Shown here: piece by piece, positions 12,389-21,765 of the stretch
Numbering within the stretch: the stretch's first letter is position 1
Layout: each line of letters starts with the position of its first letter
From: Muribaculaceae bacterium
Lineage (GTDB): Bacteria > Bacteroidota > Bacteroidia > Bacteroidales > Muribaculaceae
NCBI GenBank assembly: GCA_051871765.1
Contig: JBJEDF010000051.1
Coordinates: forward strand, 16,466-80,465
DNA length: 64,000 nt
Reading direction: 5' to 3'
Position numbers and translations under genes: made by a program
The notes under the pieces: model-generated
The model's database searches: none
The model's input: only the letters and a program-made list of their open reading frames with translations
Told to the model about the DNA's origin: nothing

Positions 12389-13573
12389 ATGAAAGCCAAC
12401 ACAATTAAAATCATGGGCGTAGTGGCTATAGCTGCTACAGCCTTATCCGTAGCTTCGTGCTCGGGTACTCAGCAAGGACCACAGCAGCAAGCTCCGTCAA
12501 TAGCAGTGATGACATTAACGACGGGCAACTCAGAGCTCGCCAACACCTATCCTGCTACCATCAAAGGTAAGACAGACATAGATATCCGCCCTCAGGTGAG
12601 CGGATTTATCACAAAGGTGCACGTTGACGAGGGTCAAGCCGTGCGCCGCGGTCAGGTGTTGTTCACCATTGACCAGGTGCAATTTCAAGCCTCTGTAGAT
12701 CAGGCCAATGCCGCTGTCGCTGCCGCCCAGACAGCAGTCTCTACGGCTCAGCTCACAGAGCAAAACAAGCGTATGCTCTACGACAAAAATATCATCAGCG
12801 AATATGACTGGCAGACCGCTGACAACGCCCTGCGCCAAGCCAAGGCTCAGCTGGTTCAGGCTCAGGCTCAGCTGACATCAGCCCGCAAAAACCTGGCATA
12901 CACCGTGGTGACAGCCCCCTGCGACGGCGTTGTAGGCAAGATTCCTAATCGCGAAGGCTCTCTCGCCTCGCCTTCGTCGGCACTGCCGCTGACCACCATC
13001 AGCGACAACTCGTCAGTATATGCCTACTTCTCGCTCACCGAGAAAGACCTCCTCAAGCTCTCTGACAATGGCGCCAAGCCCATCGCTAAGGCTATCGCCG
13101 AGATGCCCGCCGTCAAGCTCATCCTCGCCGACGGCTCTGAGTATCCTATGGAGGGCAAGGTGTCAACAGTGTCAGGTATCATTGACAACACCACCGGCGC
13201 GGCTTCAGTGCGCGCTCTCTTCTCCAACCCCAGCGGCATGCTCCGCAGCGGCAACACCGGCACCATCGTGATACCCGTGGAGAGCACCGACGTAATCATC
13301 ATACCCCAGAAGGCCACCTTCGAAATCCAGGATCAGAAATATGTGTTTTTAGTCAACGACTCCAACGTCACCGTCTCTACCGCCATCAAGGTGCTTGACG
13401 TCAACGACGGCAAGAACTATGTGGTATCATCGGGCCTGACCGCCGGCCAGCGCATCGTGGTAGAGGGCGTGGGCAACTCCGTGCAAAGCGGCATGACCAT
13501 CAACCCCGTTGATGCAGCTCAGAAAGCCGCTCAAGAGGCTCAGGCTCAGCAAGCTCCCGCTCAAGGCAAATAA
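12389..13573 (+). CDS. RND efflux periplasmic adaptor (MFP) lipoprotein
   Basis: Lipobox VASC, lipoyl halves IRPQVSGFITKVHVDEGQAV and APCDGVVG, and a coiled-coil hairpin. Confidence 0.95.
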   Translation: MKANTIKIMGVVAIAATALSVASCSGTQQGPQQQAPSIAVMTLTTGNSELANTYPATIKGKTDIDIRPQVSGFITKVHVDEGQAVRRGQVLFTIDQVQFQASVDQANAAVAAAQTAVSTAQLTEQNKRMLYDKNIISEYDWQTADNALRQAKAQLVQAQAQLTSARKNLAYTVVTAPCDGVVGKIPNREGSLASPSSALPLTTISDNSSVYAYFSLTEKDLLKLSDNGAKPIAKAIAEMPAVKLILADGSEYPMEGKVSTVSGIIDNTTGAASVRALFSNPSGMLRSGNTGTIVIPVESTDVIIIPQKATFEIQDQKYVFLVNDSNVTVSTAIKVLDVNDGKNYVVSSGLTAGQRIVVEGVGNSVQSGMTINPVDAAQKAAQEAQAQQAPAQGK

Positions 13574-13639
13574 TGTGGCGTGAGCCGAATATCTCTAAAT
13601 ACATTAATAGGTACACACACTCTTTAACGAGATTAGACA

Positions 13640-16600
13640 ATGAAACTTGACACCTTTATTAACCGCCCGGTGCTATCGACGGTTATCTCCATCTTCATAG
13701 TGCTGCTGGGCTTGCTGGGCTTGCTCTCGCTGCCTATCACGCAATATCCTGACATAGCACCGCCCACAGTGATGGTATCTACCACATATACCGGCGCCAA
13801 TGCTCAGGCTGTGCTTAACTCTGTGATTGCCCCTCTCGAGGAGTCAATCAACGGTGTGGAAGGCATGACATACATGGAGTCAACAGCCACCAACACCGGT
13901 AGCGCCACTATCAACGTATATTTCAAGCAAGGCTATAACGCCGATATGGCGGCTGTCAACGTGCAAAACCGCGTGTCAAAGGCTGCCAACCTGCTGCCCT
14001 CCGAGGTCAACCAGGTGGGTGTGCAGACTCAGAAACGCCAGAACTCAATGCTCGTGGGTGTGGCTCTGGTTGATACCACCGACACCTACACCGAGGAGTT
14101 CCTCGACAACTACATGAAAATCAACGTGGTGCCTGTGATCCAGCGTGTGGAGGGCGTGGGCGACGTGATGTCGTTCGGCGCTGATTACTCTATGCGTGTA
14201 TGGCTCAAGCCCGACGTCATGGCTCAGTATGGCCTGGTGCCTTCTGATGTGGCCCAGGCGCTGGCCGACCAAAACGTGGAGGCTGCTCCCGGCTCCTTCG
14301 GCGAGCAAGGCAACCAGTCGTTCCAGTACATCTTGCGCTATCGTGGCCGCCTATCCACTCCCGAGGAGTTTGGCAACATCGTGGTGCGCGCCACGGCTGA
14401 TGGCGAGACCCTGCTGCTCAAAGACGTGGCAGAGCTCGAGCTGGGACGCGTCACTTACGGCTTCCACAACAAAGCCAACGGCCACCCGTCGTCAATGGCT
14501 ATGGTGTTCCAGACCGCCGGCTCTAACGCTACAAAGATTATCAATGAGGTAATTGCCAGCGTAGAGGAGATGAAGAAAGACCTGCCCGAGGGCTTGGTCT
14601 ATGACATCCCGATGAACAACAACGACTTCCTCTACGCCTCAATAGGCAAGGTGATCCACACCCTGATTGAGGCTTTCATCTTGGTGTTCCTCGTGGTGTA
14701 TATCTTCCTGCAAGACTTCCGCTCTACTATCATCCCTGCCATTGCCATCCCGGTGGCGTTGATAGGTACATTCTCCGTGCTCAGCCTCATCGGCTTCTCT
14801 ATCAACCTTATCACGCTGTCGGCTCTTGTGCTCGCTATCGCTATTGTGGTCGATGACGCCATAGTGGTGGTCGAGGCGGTGCACGCCAAGCTCGACCAAG
14901 GATACAAATCGCCGCGCCGAGCGTCAATCGATGCTATGAACGAGATAGCCGGCGCCCTGGTGTCAATCACCCTTGTGATGATGCTGGTGTTTATCCCCGT
15001 GTCGTTTATGCCGGGCACTTCGGGTGTGTTCTACCAGCAATTCGGCTTGACGATGGCCATCGCCATCGGCTTCTCGGCTGTCAACGCCTTGACGCTGTCG
15101 CCGGCGCTGTGTGCCATCTTCCTGAAGGCTCACGATGACGACAGCTCGCTCAAGGAGCGCATGGGCAAGGCCTATGGCGCTGCCGCCGCCGAGATGAAGG
15201 CTAAAGTCCGCCGCTCTATCGGCATCAACTTCCCGCCGATAGTGACCATCGTGCTGCTGTGCGCCACCATCGTGTTTATGGTGCTCGGATGGTTTGACTT
15301 TGAGCATGTGGAGCTGGGTGTGATTGCCACGCTCTGCGGCGTGGTGGCCGTCCTCGGCCTCTTCGGCAAGCGTTTCCATGCCGCCTTCAATAAGTCATTC
15401 AGCGCCTTGCTGGCCAAGTATGAGCGCGGTGCTATATTCTTTGCCAAGCATAAGGTCACCTCGTTTGCCTGCGTGATTGTCTCGGTAGTGCTGCTGGTAT
15501 GGCTGATGTGGCGCACACCTACGGCTATGGTGCCCAACGAAGACACCGGCTTCTTCTTCGGCATGATTGACATGCCCGCGGGCACCTCACAAGAGCGCAC
15601 CACCGAGGTCATCGAGCAAGTCGATGCCATGGTGCGTTCGATACCCGCCGTGCGTCTGAGCGAGTCAATCAACGGCTACAGCTTCCTCGCCGGCCAGGGC
15701 GCCACTTACGGTACTCTTCTCATCAAGCTCAAAGACTGGTCAGAGCGCGGCAAGGGCGAGGACGTCAACAGCATCATTCAGAAACTATATATGATGACCT
15801 CCAGCATCAAGGACGGCCGCGTGGTATTCTTCGCTCCGCCTATGATTTCCGGTTACTCCGTGACCAATGGTTTTGAAATCAAGATGCAGGACCGCGTCGG
15901 TGGCGACATCAACAAATTCTTCGACATCGTGCAAGGCTTCCTCGGCGAGCTCAACAAGCAGCCCGAGATCATGACCGCCTACTCTACCTTTAACCCCACC
16001 TTCCCGCAGTATCTTATCGACATTGACGCCGCCAAGGCGCGTCAGGCCGGTCTGAGCACCAGCGCCATCCTCTCCACACTGCAGGGATACTACGGCGGTA
16101 TGTATGTGTCAAACTTCAACCGCTTCGGTAAGATTTACCGCGTGATGATGCAGGCCAACCCCGAGGCGCGTGCCAACCTCGAGACGCTCAGCGCCATCAA
16201 GGTGCGCAGCGCCAACGGTGAGATGGCTTCACTGTCAAACTTTGTCAAGCTCACCCGCGTCTATGGCCCTGACCTGCTCAACCGCTTCAACATGTTCACA
16301 TCAATATCCGTCACCGGTAACCCCAACCCAGGCTATTCGTCGGGCGACGCCCTCAAGGCTATCGACCGTGTGGCCAAGGCCACACTGCCCCACGGCTACG
16401 GCTATGAATATGCCGGTATGACGCGTGAGGAGGCATCGTCATCGAGCTATGCCACGGCTATGATTTTCGGCCTGTGTCTGCTCTTCGTGTATCTGCTGCT
16501 CTGCGCGCAGTACGAGAGCTATGCGCTGCCCTTCGCAGTGATATTGTCAATACCCTTCGGATTGATGGGCGCCTTTATCTTTGCCGATATCTTTGGCATC

Positions 16601-17014
16601 AACAACAACATCTACCTGCAGATTGCGCTCATCATGCTTATAGGTCTGTTGGCTAAGAACGCAATCCTCATTGTGGAGTTTGCCCTGGATCGTCGCAAGA
16701 CGGGTATGAGCATCTTCAATGCCGCTATCGCCGGCGCTAAGGCGCGTCTGCGTCCTATCTTGATGACCTCGTTGGCTATGGTCATCGGTCTTCTGCCCAT
16801 GATGCTCGCTACCGGCGTCGGCGCTAACGGCAACCGTGCCCTGGGCACCGGCTCAGTGGGCGGTATGTTGATTGGTATGGTGCTCCAGATCTTCATCGTG
16901 CCCGCGCTCTTTATCGTCTTCCAGATTATTCAGGAGAAGATTAAGCCGCTCGAATGGCACAACGAAGAGCAAGGCGGCACCATCGGAAGTGAAATCGAGC
17001 AGTATGCCCGCTGA
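13640..17014 (+). CDS. HAE1-family RND efflux permease (AcrB-like)
   Basis: FINRPVL, QYPDIAPP, IVVDDAIVVVE, LAKNAILIVEFA and RLRPILMTS. Confidence 0.97.
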   Translation: MKLDTFINRPVLSTVISIFIVLLGLLGLLSLPITQYPDIAPPTVMVSTTYTGANAQAVLNSVIAPLEESINGVEGMTYMESTATNTGSATINVYFKQGYNADMAAVNVQNRVSKAANLLPSEVNQVGVQTQKRQNSMLVGVALVDTTDTYTEEFLDNYMKINVVPVIQRVEGVGDVMSFGADYSMRVWLKPDVMAQYGLVPSDVAQALADQNVEAAPGSFGEQGNQSFQYILRYRGRLSTPEEFGNIVVRATADGETLLLKDVAELELGRVTYGFHNKANGHPSSMAMVFQTAGSNATKIINEVIASVEEMKKDLPEGLVYDIPMNNNDFLYASIGKVIHTLIEAFILVFLVVYIFLQDFRSTIIPAIAIPVALIGTFSVLSLIGFSINLITLSALVLAIAIVVDDAIVVVEAVHAKLDQGYKSPRRASIDAMNEIAGALVSITLVMMLVFIPVSFMPGTSGVFYQQFGLTMAIAIGFSAVNALTLSPALCAIFLKAHDDDSSLKERMGKAYGAAAAEMKAKVRRSIGINFPPIVTIVLLCATIVFMVLGWFDFEHVELGVIATLCGVVAVLGLFGKRFHAAFNKSFSALLAKYERGAIFFAKHKVTSFACVIVSVVLLVWLMWRTPTAMVPNEDTGFFFGMIDMPAGTSQERTTEVIEQVDAMVRSIPAVRLSESINGYSFLAGQGATYGTLLIKLKDWSERGKGEDVNSIIQKLYMMTSSIKDGRVVFFAPPMISGYSVTNGFEIKMQDRVGGDINKFFDIVQGFLGELNKQPEIMTAYSTFNPTFPQYLIDIDAAKARQAGLSTSAILSTLQGYYGGMYVSNFNRFGKIYRVMMQANPEARANLETLSAIKVRSANGEMASLSNFVKLTRVYGPDLLNRFNMFTSISVTGNPNPGYSSGDALKAIDRVAKATLPHGYGYEYAGMTREEASSSSYATAMIFGLCLLFVYLLLCAQYESYALPFAVILSIPFGLMGAFIFADIFGINNNIYLQIALIMLIGLLAKNAILIVEFALDRRKTGMSIFNAAIAGAKARLRPILMTSLAMVIGLLPMMLATGVGANGNRALGTGSVGGMLIGMVLQIFIVPALFIVFQIIQEKIKPLEWHNEEQGGTIGSEIEQYAR

Positions 17015-17034
17015 TAAGTAATATTCACCAATGC

Positions 17035-17080
17035 CCTTAGGCGCCTGCGCGGGCGCTTCACCCCATGCGGGCGCCTAAGG
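17035..17080 (+). other. Intercistronic stem-loop in the RND operon
   Basis: CCTTAGGCGCC...GGCGCCTAAGG with only a weak U-tail; more likely an mRNA stabiliser or attenuator than a full terminator. Confidence 0.55.
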
Positions 17081-17126
17081 CCCATTCTTACACAATAATA
17101 CACCTCCATCCTCTATATATACACCA

Positions 17127-18497
17127 ATGAAGCTCACAAGAATAATTATTGCAGCCTTGGCAGTAGTGATGCTCGGCAGCTGCAACATTTATAAGAAGTA
17201 TGAGACGCCCACCGACAGCGCTCTCACCAAGGCCTATGCCGAGGCTCGCTCGGCCGAGGTTGACTCCGCCGCTTTCGGTAATATGGTCTGGGAAGACATC
17301 TTCACCGACCCTATGCTTGCTGACCTTATCAACCAGGCGCTCACCAATAACACCAACCTGCGCAATGCCAAGCTCAACATCGATATGGCGCGCGCTCAGG
17401 TGCTCGGCGCCAAGCTCAGCTATCTGCCCTCTCTGGCCCTCAACCCCAACGGCGCCGGCTCTTCGTATGCCGGCAGCAAGCTCAGCTGGACTTACACCCT
17501 GCCCCTGCAGGCCAGCTGGGAGGTTGACATCTTCGGCAAGCTCCTCAATAGCAAACGCAGCGCGCAAGTGGCGCTGCAGCAGAGCGAAGACTACTATCAG
17601 GCAGTGCGCTCGCAGATAGTGGCTGCCGTGGCTTCGACTTACTACACCATCGCTATGTATCAGAGCCAGCTCGACCTCTCGCGCGAGACGGCTCAGCTGT
17701 GGGCCCAGAGCGTGCAGACCATGCGCGACCTCAAGCTCGCCGGCCGCACCAACGAGGCTTCGGTAGTGCAATCCGAGGCCAACTATTACAGCATCCTGGC
17801 CTCTATCACAGACATTGAGGTGAAGCTCCATGAGATGAACAACACCATGTCGCTGCTGCTCAATGTCATGCCGCAGACTTTTGCCATCCCCGGCACCGCC
17901 ACCCTCACCGTGCCCGCCATCTATCGCGAGGGTGTGCCCATGCGTGAGCTCGCCGCTCGCCCCGACGTGCGTGCCGCCGAGATGACTCTCGCCGCCGCCT
18001 ACTACACCACCAATTCCGCGCGCGCCGCTTTCTACCCCGGACTGTCGATATCATTCCAGGGCGGATTTAGCAACATCGTAGGCAGCATGGTGAAAAACCC
18101 CGGCGAGTGGTTTTATCAGCTTGCCGGCTCGCTGGTGGCGCCAATCTTCTCGCGCGGCCAGAACATAGCCAGGCTCAAGGTATCAAAGGCTCAGCAGGAG
18201 CAAGCTCTCAACAACTTTGAATACACCCTCATGTCGGCCGCTTCAGAGGTCAGCGATGCTTTGGTGGTATATCAAAAGAATGTGGAGAAATCCAAATTCC
18301 TCGCCCTCCAGGTCGAAGATATGACCAAGGCGCTGAGCTACACCACTGACTTGCTCAACTACTACAACGGCACCTACCTCGAAGTGCTCACCGCTCAGCA
18401 AGGTCTGCTCAGCGCTCAGATGAACGAGATAGCATGCCGCCAGATGCAAGCTCTCGCCGTCATCAGCCTCTATCAGAGCTTGGGCGGCGGCCGTTAA
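17127..18497 (+). CDS. TolC/OprM-family outer-membrane factor lipoprotein
   Basis: Lipobox LGSC, SWEVDIFGK, RPDVRAAE and C-terminal LYQSLGGG. Confidence 0.95.
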   Translation: MKLTRIIIAALAVVMLGSCNIYKKYETPTDSALTKAYAEARSAEVDSAAFGNMVWEDIFTDPMLADLINQALTNNTNLRNAKLNIDMARAQVLGAKLSYLPSLALNPNGAGSSYAGSKLSWTYTLPLQASWEVDIFGKLLNSKRSAQVALQQSEDYYQAVRSQIVAAVASTYYTIAMYQSQLDLSRETAQLWAQSVQTMRDLKLAGRTNEASVVQSEANYYSILASITDIEVKLHEMNNTMSLLLNVMPQTFAIPGTATLTVPAIYREGVPMRELAARPDVRAAEMTLAAAYYTTNSARAAFYPGLSISFQGGFSNIVGSMVKNPGEWFYQLAGSLVAPIFSRGQNIARLKVSKAQQEQALNNFEYTLMSAASEVSDALVVYQKNVEKSKFLALQVEDMTKALSYTTDLLNYYNGTYLEVLTAQQGLLSAQMNEIACRQMQALAVISLYQSLGGGR

Positions 18498-18546
18498 TCA
18501 TTCACTACACAGCAATATATCTCTCTTAATTTTAAATCACTACATC

Positions 18547-19338
18547 ATGATAAGCCCTCTCGCATACGTTGACTCCGGCGCCAAAATAGGTGCCAATGTC
18601 ACTATCCACCCGTTTGCCTACGTTGACAAGGACGTGGTCATCGGCGACAACTGCGAAATAATGCCTTACGCCTCGGTGCTCGCCGGCGCTCGCCTGGGCA
18701 ACGGCGTGAAAATCTTCCAAGGCGCCATCGTCAGCGCCACGCCTCAAGACTTCCGCTGGAAAGGCTGTGACTCTCAGTGTGCTATCGGCGACAATGCCGT
18801 CATCCGCGAGCACGTCATCATCAACCGCAGTATCCATGCCGATGGCGTCACTTCGGTGGGCGCTAACTGCTTTGTTATGGCTGAGTCGCATATCGGTCAT
18901 GACTCGCGCATCGATAATGAATGTGTGCTCGGCAACGGCGTCACCGTGGCCGGCGATGTCACCGTGCGGCGTGGCAGCATCTTGTCGTCAAACGTGATTT
19001 TGCACGAAAACGTCAAGGTGGGCACCCTCGCTCTCATAAAGGGCGGTTGCCGCATCAGCTCTAATGTGCCTCCGTATTGCATCATTGCCCATAACCCGGC
19101 TAAATACTACGGCGTCAACGCCGTCGTGCTCAAGAAGCACGCCCACTTCACCGATGAGCAAATTGAAGATATCGCGAAGGCTTATCGCCACATCTATCTG
19201 TCATCAACCTCGCTGTTCAACGCTCTGCGGCGCATCGAGGCCGATATCGACCAGTCAGCCGAGCGCGACGAGATCCTCAACTTCGTGCGCAGCAACGACT
19301 TCCAGATAGTGGGCGATAGAGAGGGCTTTAGAGACTGA
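18547..19338 (+). CDS. LpxA-like hexapeptide-repeat acyltransferase (divergent paralogue)
   Basis: Left-handed beta-helix repeats, PQDF, IREHVIINR, SHIGHD and VPPY, with an LpxA-type C-terminal helical domain. Confidence 0.85.
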   Translation: MISPLAYVDSGAKIGANVTIHPFAYVDKDVVIGDNCEIMPYASVLAGARLGNGVKIFQGAIVSATPQDFRWKGCDSQCAIGDNAVIREHVIINRSIHADGVTSVGANCFVMAESHIGHDSRIDNECVLGNGVTVAGDVTVRRGSILSSNVILHENVKVGTLALIKGGCRISSNVPPYCIIAHNPAKYYGVNAVVLKKHAHFTDEQIEDIAKAYRHIYLSSTSLFNALRRIEADIDQSAERDEILNFVRSNDFQIVGDREGFRD

Positions 19339-19354
19339 TGCTCAGTAGCTTATT

Positions 19355-20122
19355 GTGAATACCATACCGACTGTACTTATCACCGGCGGTGCCACCGGCA
19401 TTGGCGCTGCCACGGTGCGGAAATTTGTCGATGAGGGCTGGAATGTGGCCCTCATCGACATCAATGTTTCTGAGGCCGAAGCCCTCTGTCGCCGCCTCGG
19501 CGGCCCCGAAAGCCTGCTGTGCTTGCAGGCTGACACCCGCTCGCTGCCGGCGCTGCAGGGCGCGGTGTCCAAGACTATGAGCCGCTATGGCCGCCTCGAT
19601 TGCGTCTTTGCCAATGCCGGAATACATCGCCGCAATACCATCTTCGACATCACCGATGCCGAGCTTGACCTGCTTATCGATGTGAACATTCGCGGCACTG
19701 TCAACACCGTGCGTGCCACTATTGATGCGCTCGCCGCCGGCGGTGGCGGTGCTATCATCATAAACTGCTCTGATCAGTGGTTTGTCGGCAAGTGCGGCAA
19801 CTTTGGCTACGGCCTCACCAAGGGCGCCCTCGGCCAGATCACGCGCAGCCTGGCGCTGGAGCTCGGGCCCAAGGGCATCAGGGTCAACGCCGTGTGCCCC
19901 TCGACCATAGCCACCCCGCTCGTCGATAATATCTTCAGCACCTACGCCGCCTCGCACCCCGACACCACCGTAGCCGAGCAGTGGGCCGACGAAGATGCCC
20001 TCTTTATCCGCGGCAAGGCCGGTCGCCCCGACGAGGTGGCCGATATGGTGTATTATCTGGCCGGCGCGCAGTTCTGCACCGGCGGCCATTATCCCATCGA
20101 TGGAGGCCTCACCGCTGAGTGA
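19355..20122 (+). CDS. SDR-family oxidoreductase
   Basis: TGGATGIG, ANAG, catalytic YGLTK and IRVNAVCP. Confidence 0.92.
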   Translation: MNTIPTVLITGGATGIGAATVRKFVDEGWNVALIDINVSEAEALCRRLGGPESLLCLQADTRSLPALQGAVSKTMSRYGRLDCVFANAGIHRRNTIFDITDAELDLLIDVNIRGTVNTVRATIDALAAGGGGAIIINCSDQWFVGKCGNFGYGLTKGALGQITRSLALELGPKGIRVNAVCPSTIATPLVDNIFSTYAASHPDTTVAEQWADEDALFIRGKAGRPDEVADMVYYLAGAQFCTGGHYPIDGGLTAE

Positions 20123-20192
20123 GCTTTCATCACCTTTCATCACAATCCATCACCAACTCACTGAGACACTAATCACTAATAGTAAAGCAAAA

Positions 20193-20636
20193 ATGAGACG
20201 TGTAGTATTAACCCTCTTGTGCGCCATCGCCTTCTTTGTGGCCGGAGCGCAAAATACCATCCACTCAAAATACGGCGTGTCAATGAGCGCGCCTCTGGGC
20301 TTTGAGCGCAACGATGACCTCTCTGCCAAGATGGACATGGACGTGTTCAGCGCCGCCGACATGTCGGCCATGATAGGCATTATGCGCGATGCTCAAAACA
20401 ACGAGTCTCATCAGGCCCTTCTCGCCAAAGCCGGCCGTCCCTTCGGCCTGAATGTGGCATCGGTCAAGACGATTGACCTCGAGGGCGGGCCTCTACACTA
20501 CATCACCGGCCCCTCGGGCACCATTGGCGTGTACTCTATCCCCGGCACGGCCGACGCCGTCATGGTGATAATGATAGGCTCTGCTTTTGACTCGGCATCG
20601 GCCGTCAGCTTCCTCGCCACAATTGCCCTGCAATAA
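20193..20636 (+). CDS. Small secreted hypothetical protein
   Basis: The ATG at 20193 follows an A-rich leader and gives signal peptide MRRVVLTLLCAIAFFVAGA-Q. The ORF-track start at 19995 overlaps the SDR gene. Confidence 0.72.
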   Translation: MRRVVLTLLCAIAFFVAGAQNTIHSKYGVSMSAPLGFERNDDLSAKMDMDVFSAADMSAMIGIMRDAQNNESHQALLAKAGRPFGLNVASVKTIDLEGGPLHYITGPSGTIGVYSIPGTADAVMVIMIGSAFDSASAVSFLATIALQ

Positions 20637-20662
20637 CCTGATTGACTCTCTACAACTATCGC

Positions 20663-21643
20663 ATGATCGAACGCATTATCATCATCGACAACGCTGACCC
20701 CGTGAGCTTCTATGGAGTCAACAATTGCAATATGCACCTGCTGCGCAACCTCTTCCCCAAGCTGCGCATCGCCGCCCGTGGCTCCGTGATTAAAGTCATA
20801 GGCGAGGAGAGCGAGACCGCCGTCTTTGAGAAGAAGGTCAAGGAGCTCGAGGAGTATGTGGTGCAGCACAACGCCTTGCCCGAAGACGTAATTCTCGACA
20901 TCGTCAAGGGCGATGCCCCCAAGGAGATAAAGAAAGACAGCGTCATCATCTACGGCATCAACGGCAAGCCCATACAGGGGCGCACCCCCAATCAGCAGCG
21001 CCTCGTGGAGGCTTTTGCCCACAATGACCTCACCTTTGCCCTGGGCCCCGCCGGCACCGGCAAGACCTATGTGGCCATAGCGCTGGCGGTGCGTGCCCTC
21101 AAAAACCGCGAGGCCCGCAAAATCATACTCTCGCGCCCGGCTGTTGAGGCCGGCGAGAAGCTCGGCTTCCTCCCCGGCGACATGAAGGACAAGATTGACC
21201 CCTATCTGCAGCCCCTCTACGACGCCCTCGAGGATATGATCCCCGCCGTCAAGCTCCGCGAGTATATGGACACCAAGGTGATACAAATAGCGCCTCTGGC
21301 TTTTATGCGCGGACGCACCCTCAACGATGCCATCATCGTGCTCGACGAGGCTCAAAACACCACCACTCATCAGATCAAGATGTTTCTGACGCGCTTGGGC
21401 ATGAATGCCAAGATGATAGTCACCGGCGATGTGACTCAGATTGACTTGCCGCGAACCACCGTGTCGGGCCTGGTGCAGGCTATGCGCGTGCTCGACGGCG
21501 TGCCCGGCATCGCCCGCATCGAGTTTGGCAAGAAGGACATCGTGCGCCATCCGCTGGTGCAGCGCATCGTAGAGGCTTATGAGCGCGATGATGCCGCCCG
21601 CAAAGCCGCTGCTGCCGCCGCCGATACCACCTCCGACGAGTAG
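20663..21643 (+). CDS. phoH: PhoH-family ATPase
   Basis: GPAGTGKT, RPAVEAGEKLGFLPG, LAFMRGRT and DEAQN. Confidence 0.95.
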   Translation: MIERIIIIDNADPVSFYGVNNCNMHLLRNLFPKLRIAARGSVIKVIGEESETAVFEKKVKELEEYVVQHNALPEDVILDIVKGDAPKEIKKDSVIIYGINGKPIQGRTPNQQRLVEAFAHNDLTFALGPAGTGKTYVAIALAVRALKNREARKIILSRPAVEAGEKLGFLPGDMKDKIDPYLQPLYDALEDMIPAVKLREYMDTKVIQIAPLAFMRGRTLNDAIIVLDEAQNTTTHQIKMFLTRLGMNAKMIVTGDVTQIDLPRTTVSGLVQAMRVLDGVPGIARIEFGKKDIVRHPLVQRIVEAYERDDAARKAAAAAADTTSDE

Positions 21644-21726
21644 CGGCAAGGCTCATTTTTTTGTGTAAAAGCATTAAAAATGACAATTGCGGCCTTAACT
21701 GTTGCCGCTCTTTCAATTTCTTTTCG

Positions 21727-21734
21727 TAATTTTG
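21727..21734 (+). promoter_or_regulatory. -7 promoter box for topA
   Basis: TAATTTTG 31 nt upstream of the ATG. Confidence 0.6.
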
Positions 21735-21765
21735 TGGCTCAAAACCACAGACCACACATTATATA

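Noticed and set aside
20498-21649. 383-aa minus-strand ORF, and similar long antisense ORFs at 4505-5341, 10455-11252, 17088-17831, 19328-20143 and 61380-62135
   Set aside because: Each lies opposite a well-supported gene and has no recognisable motifs. Such shadow ORFs are expected from GC-rich codon bias.
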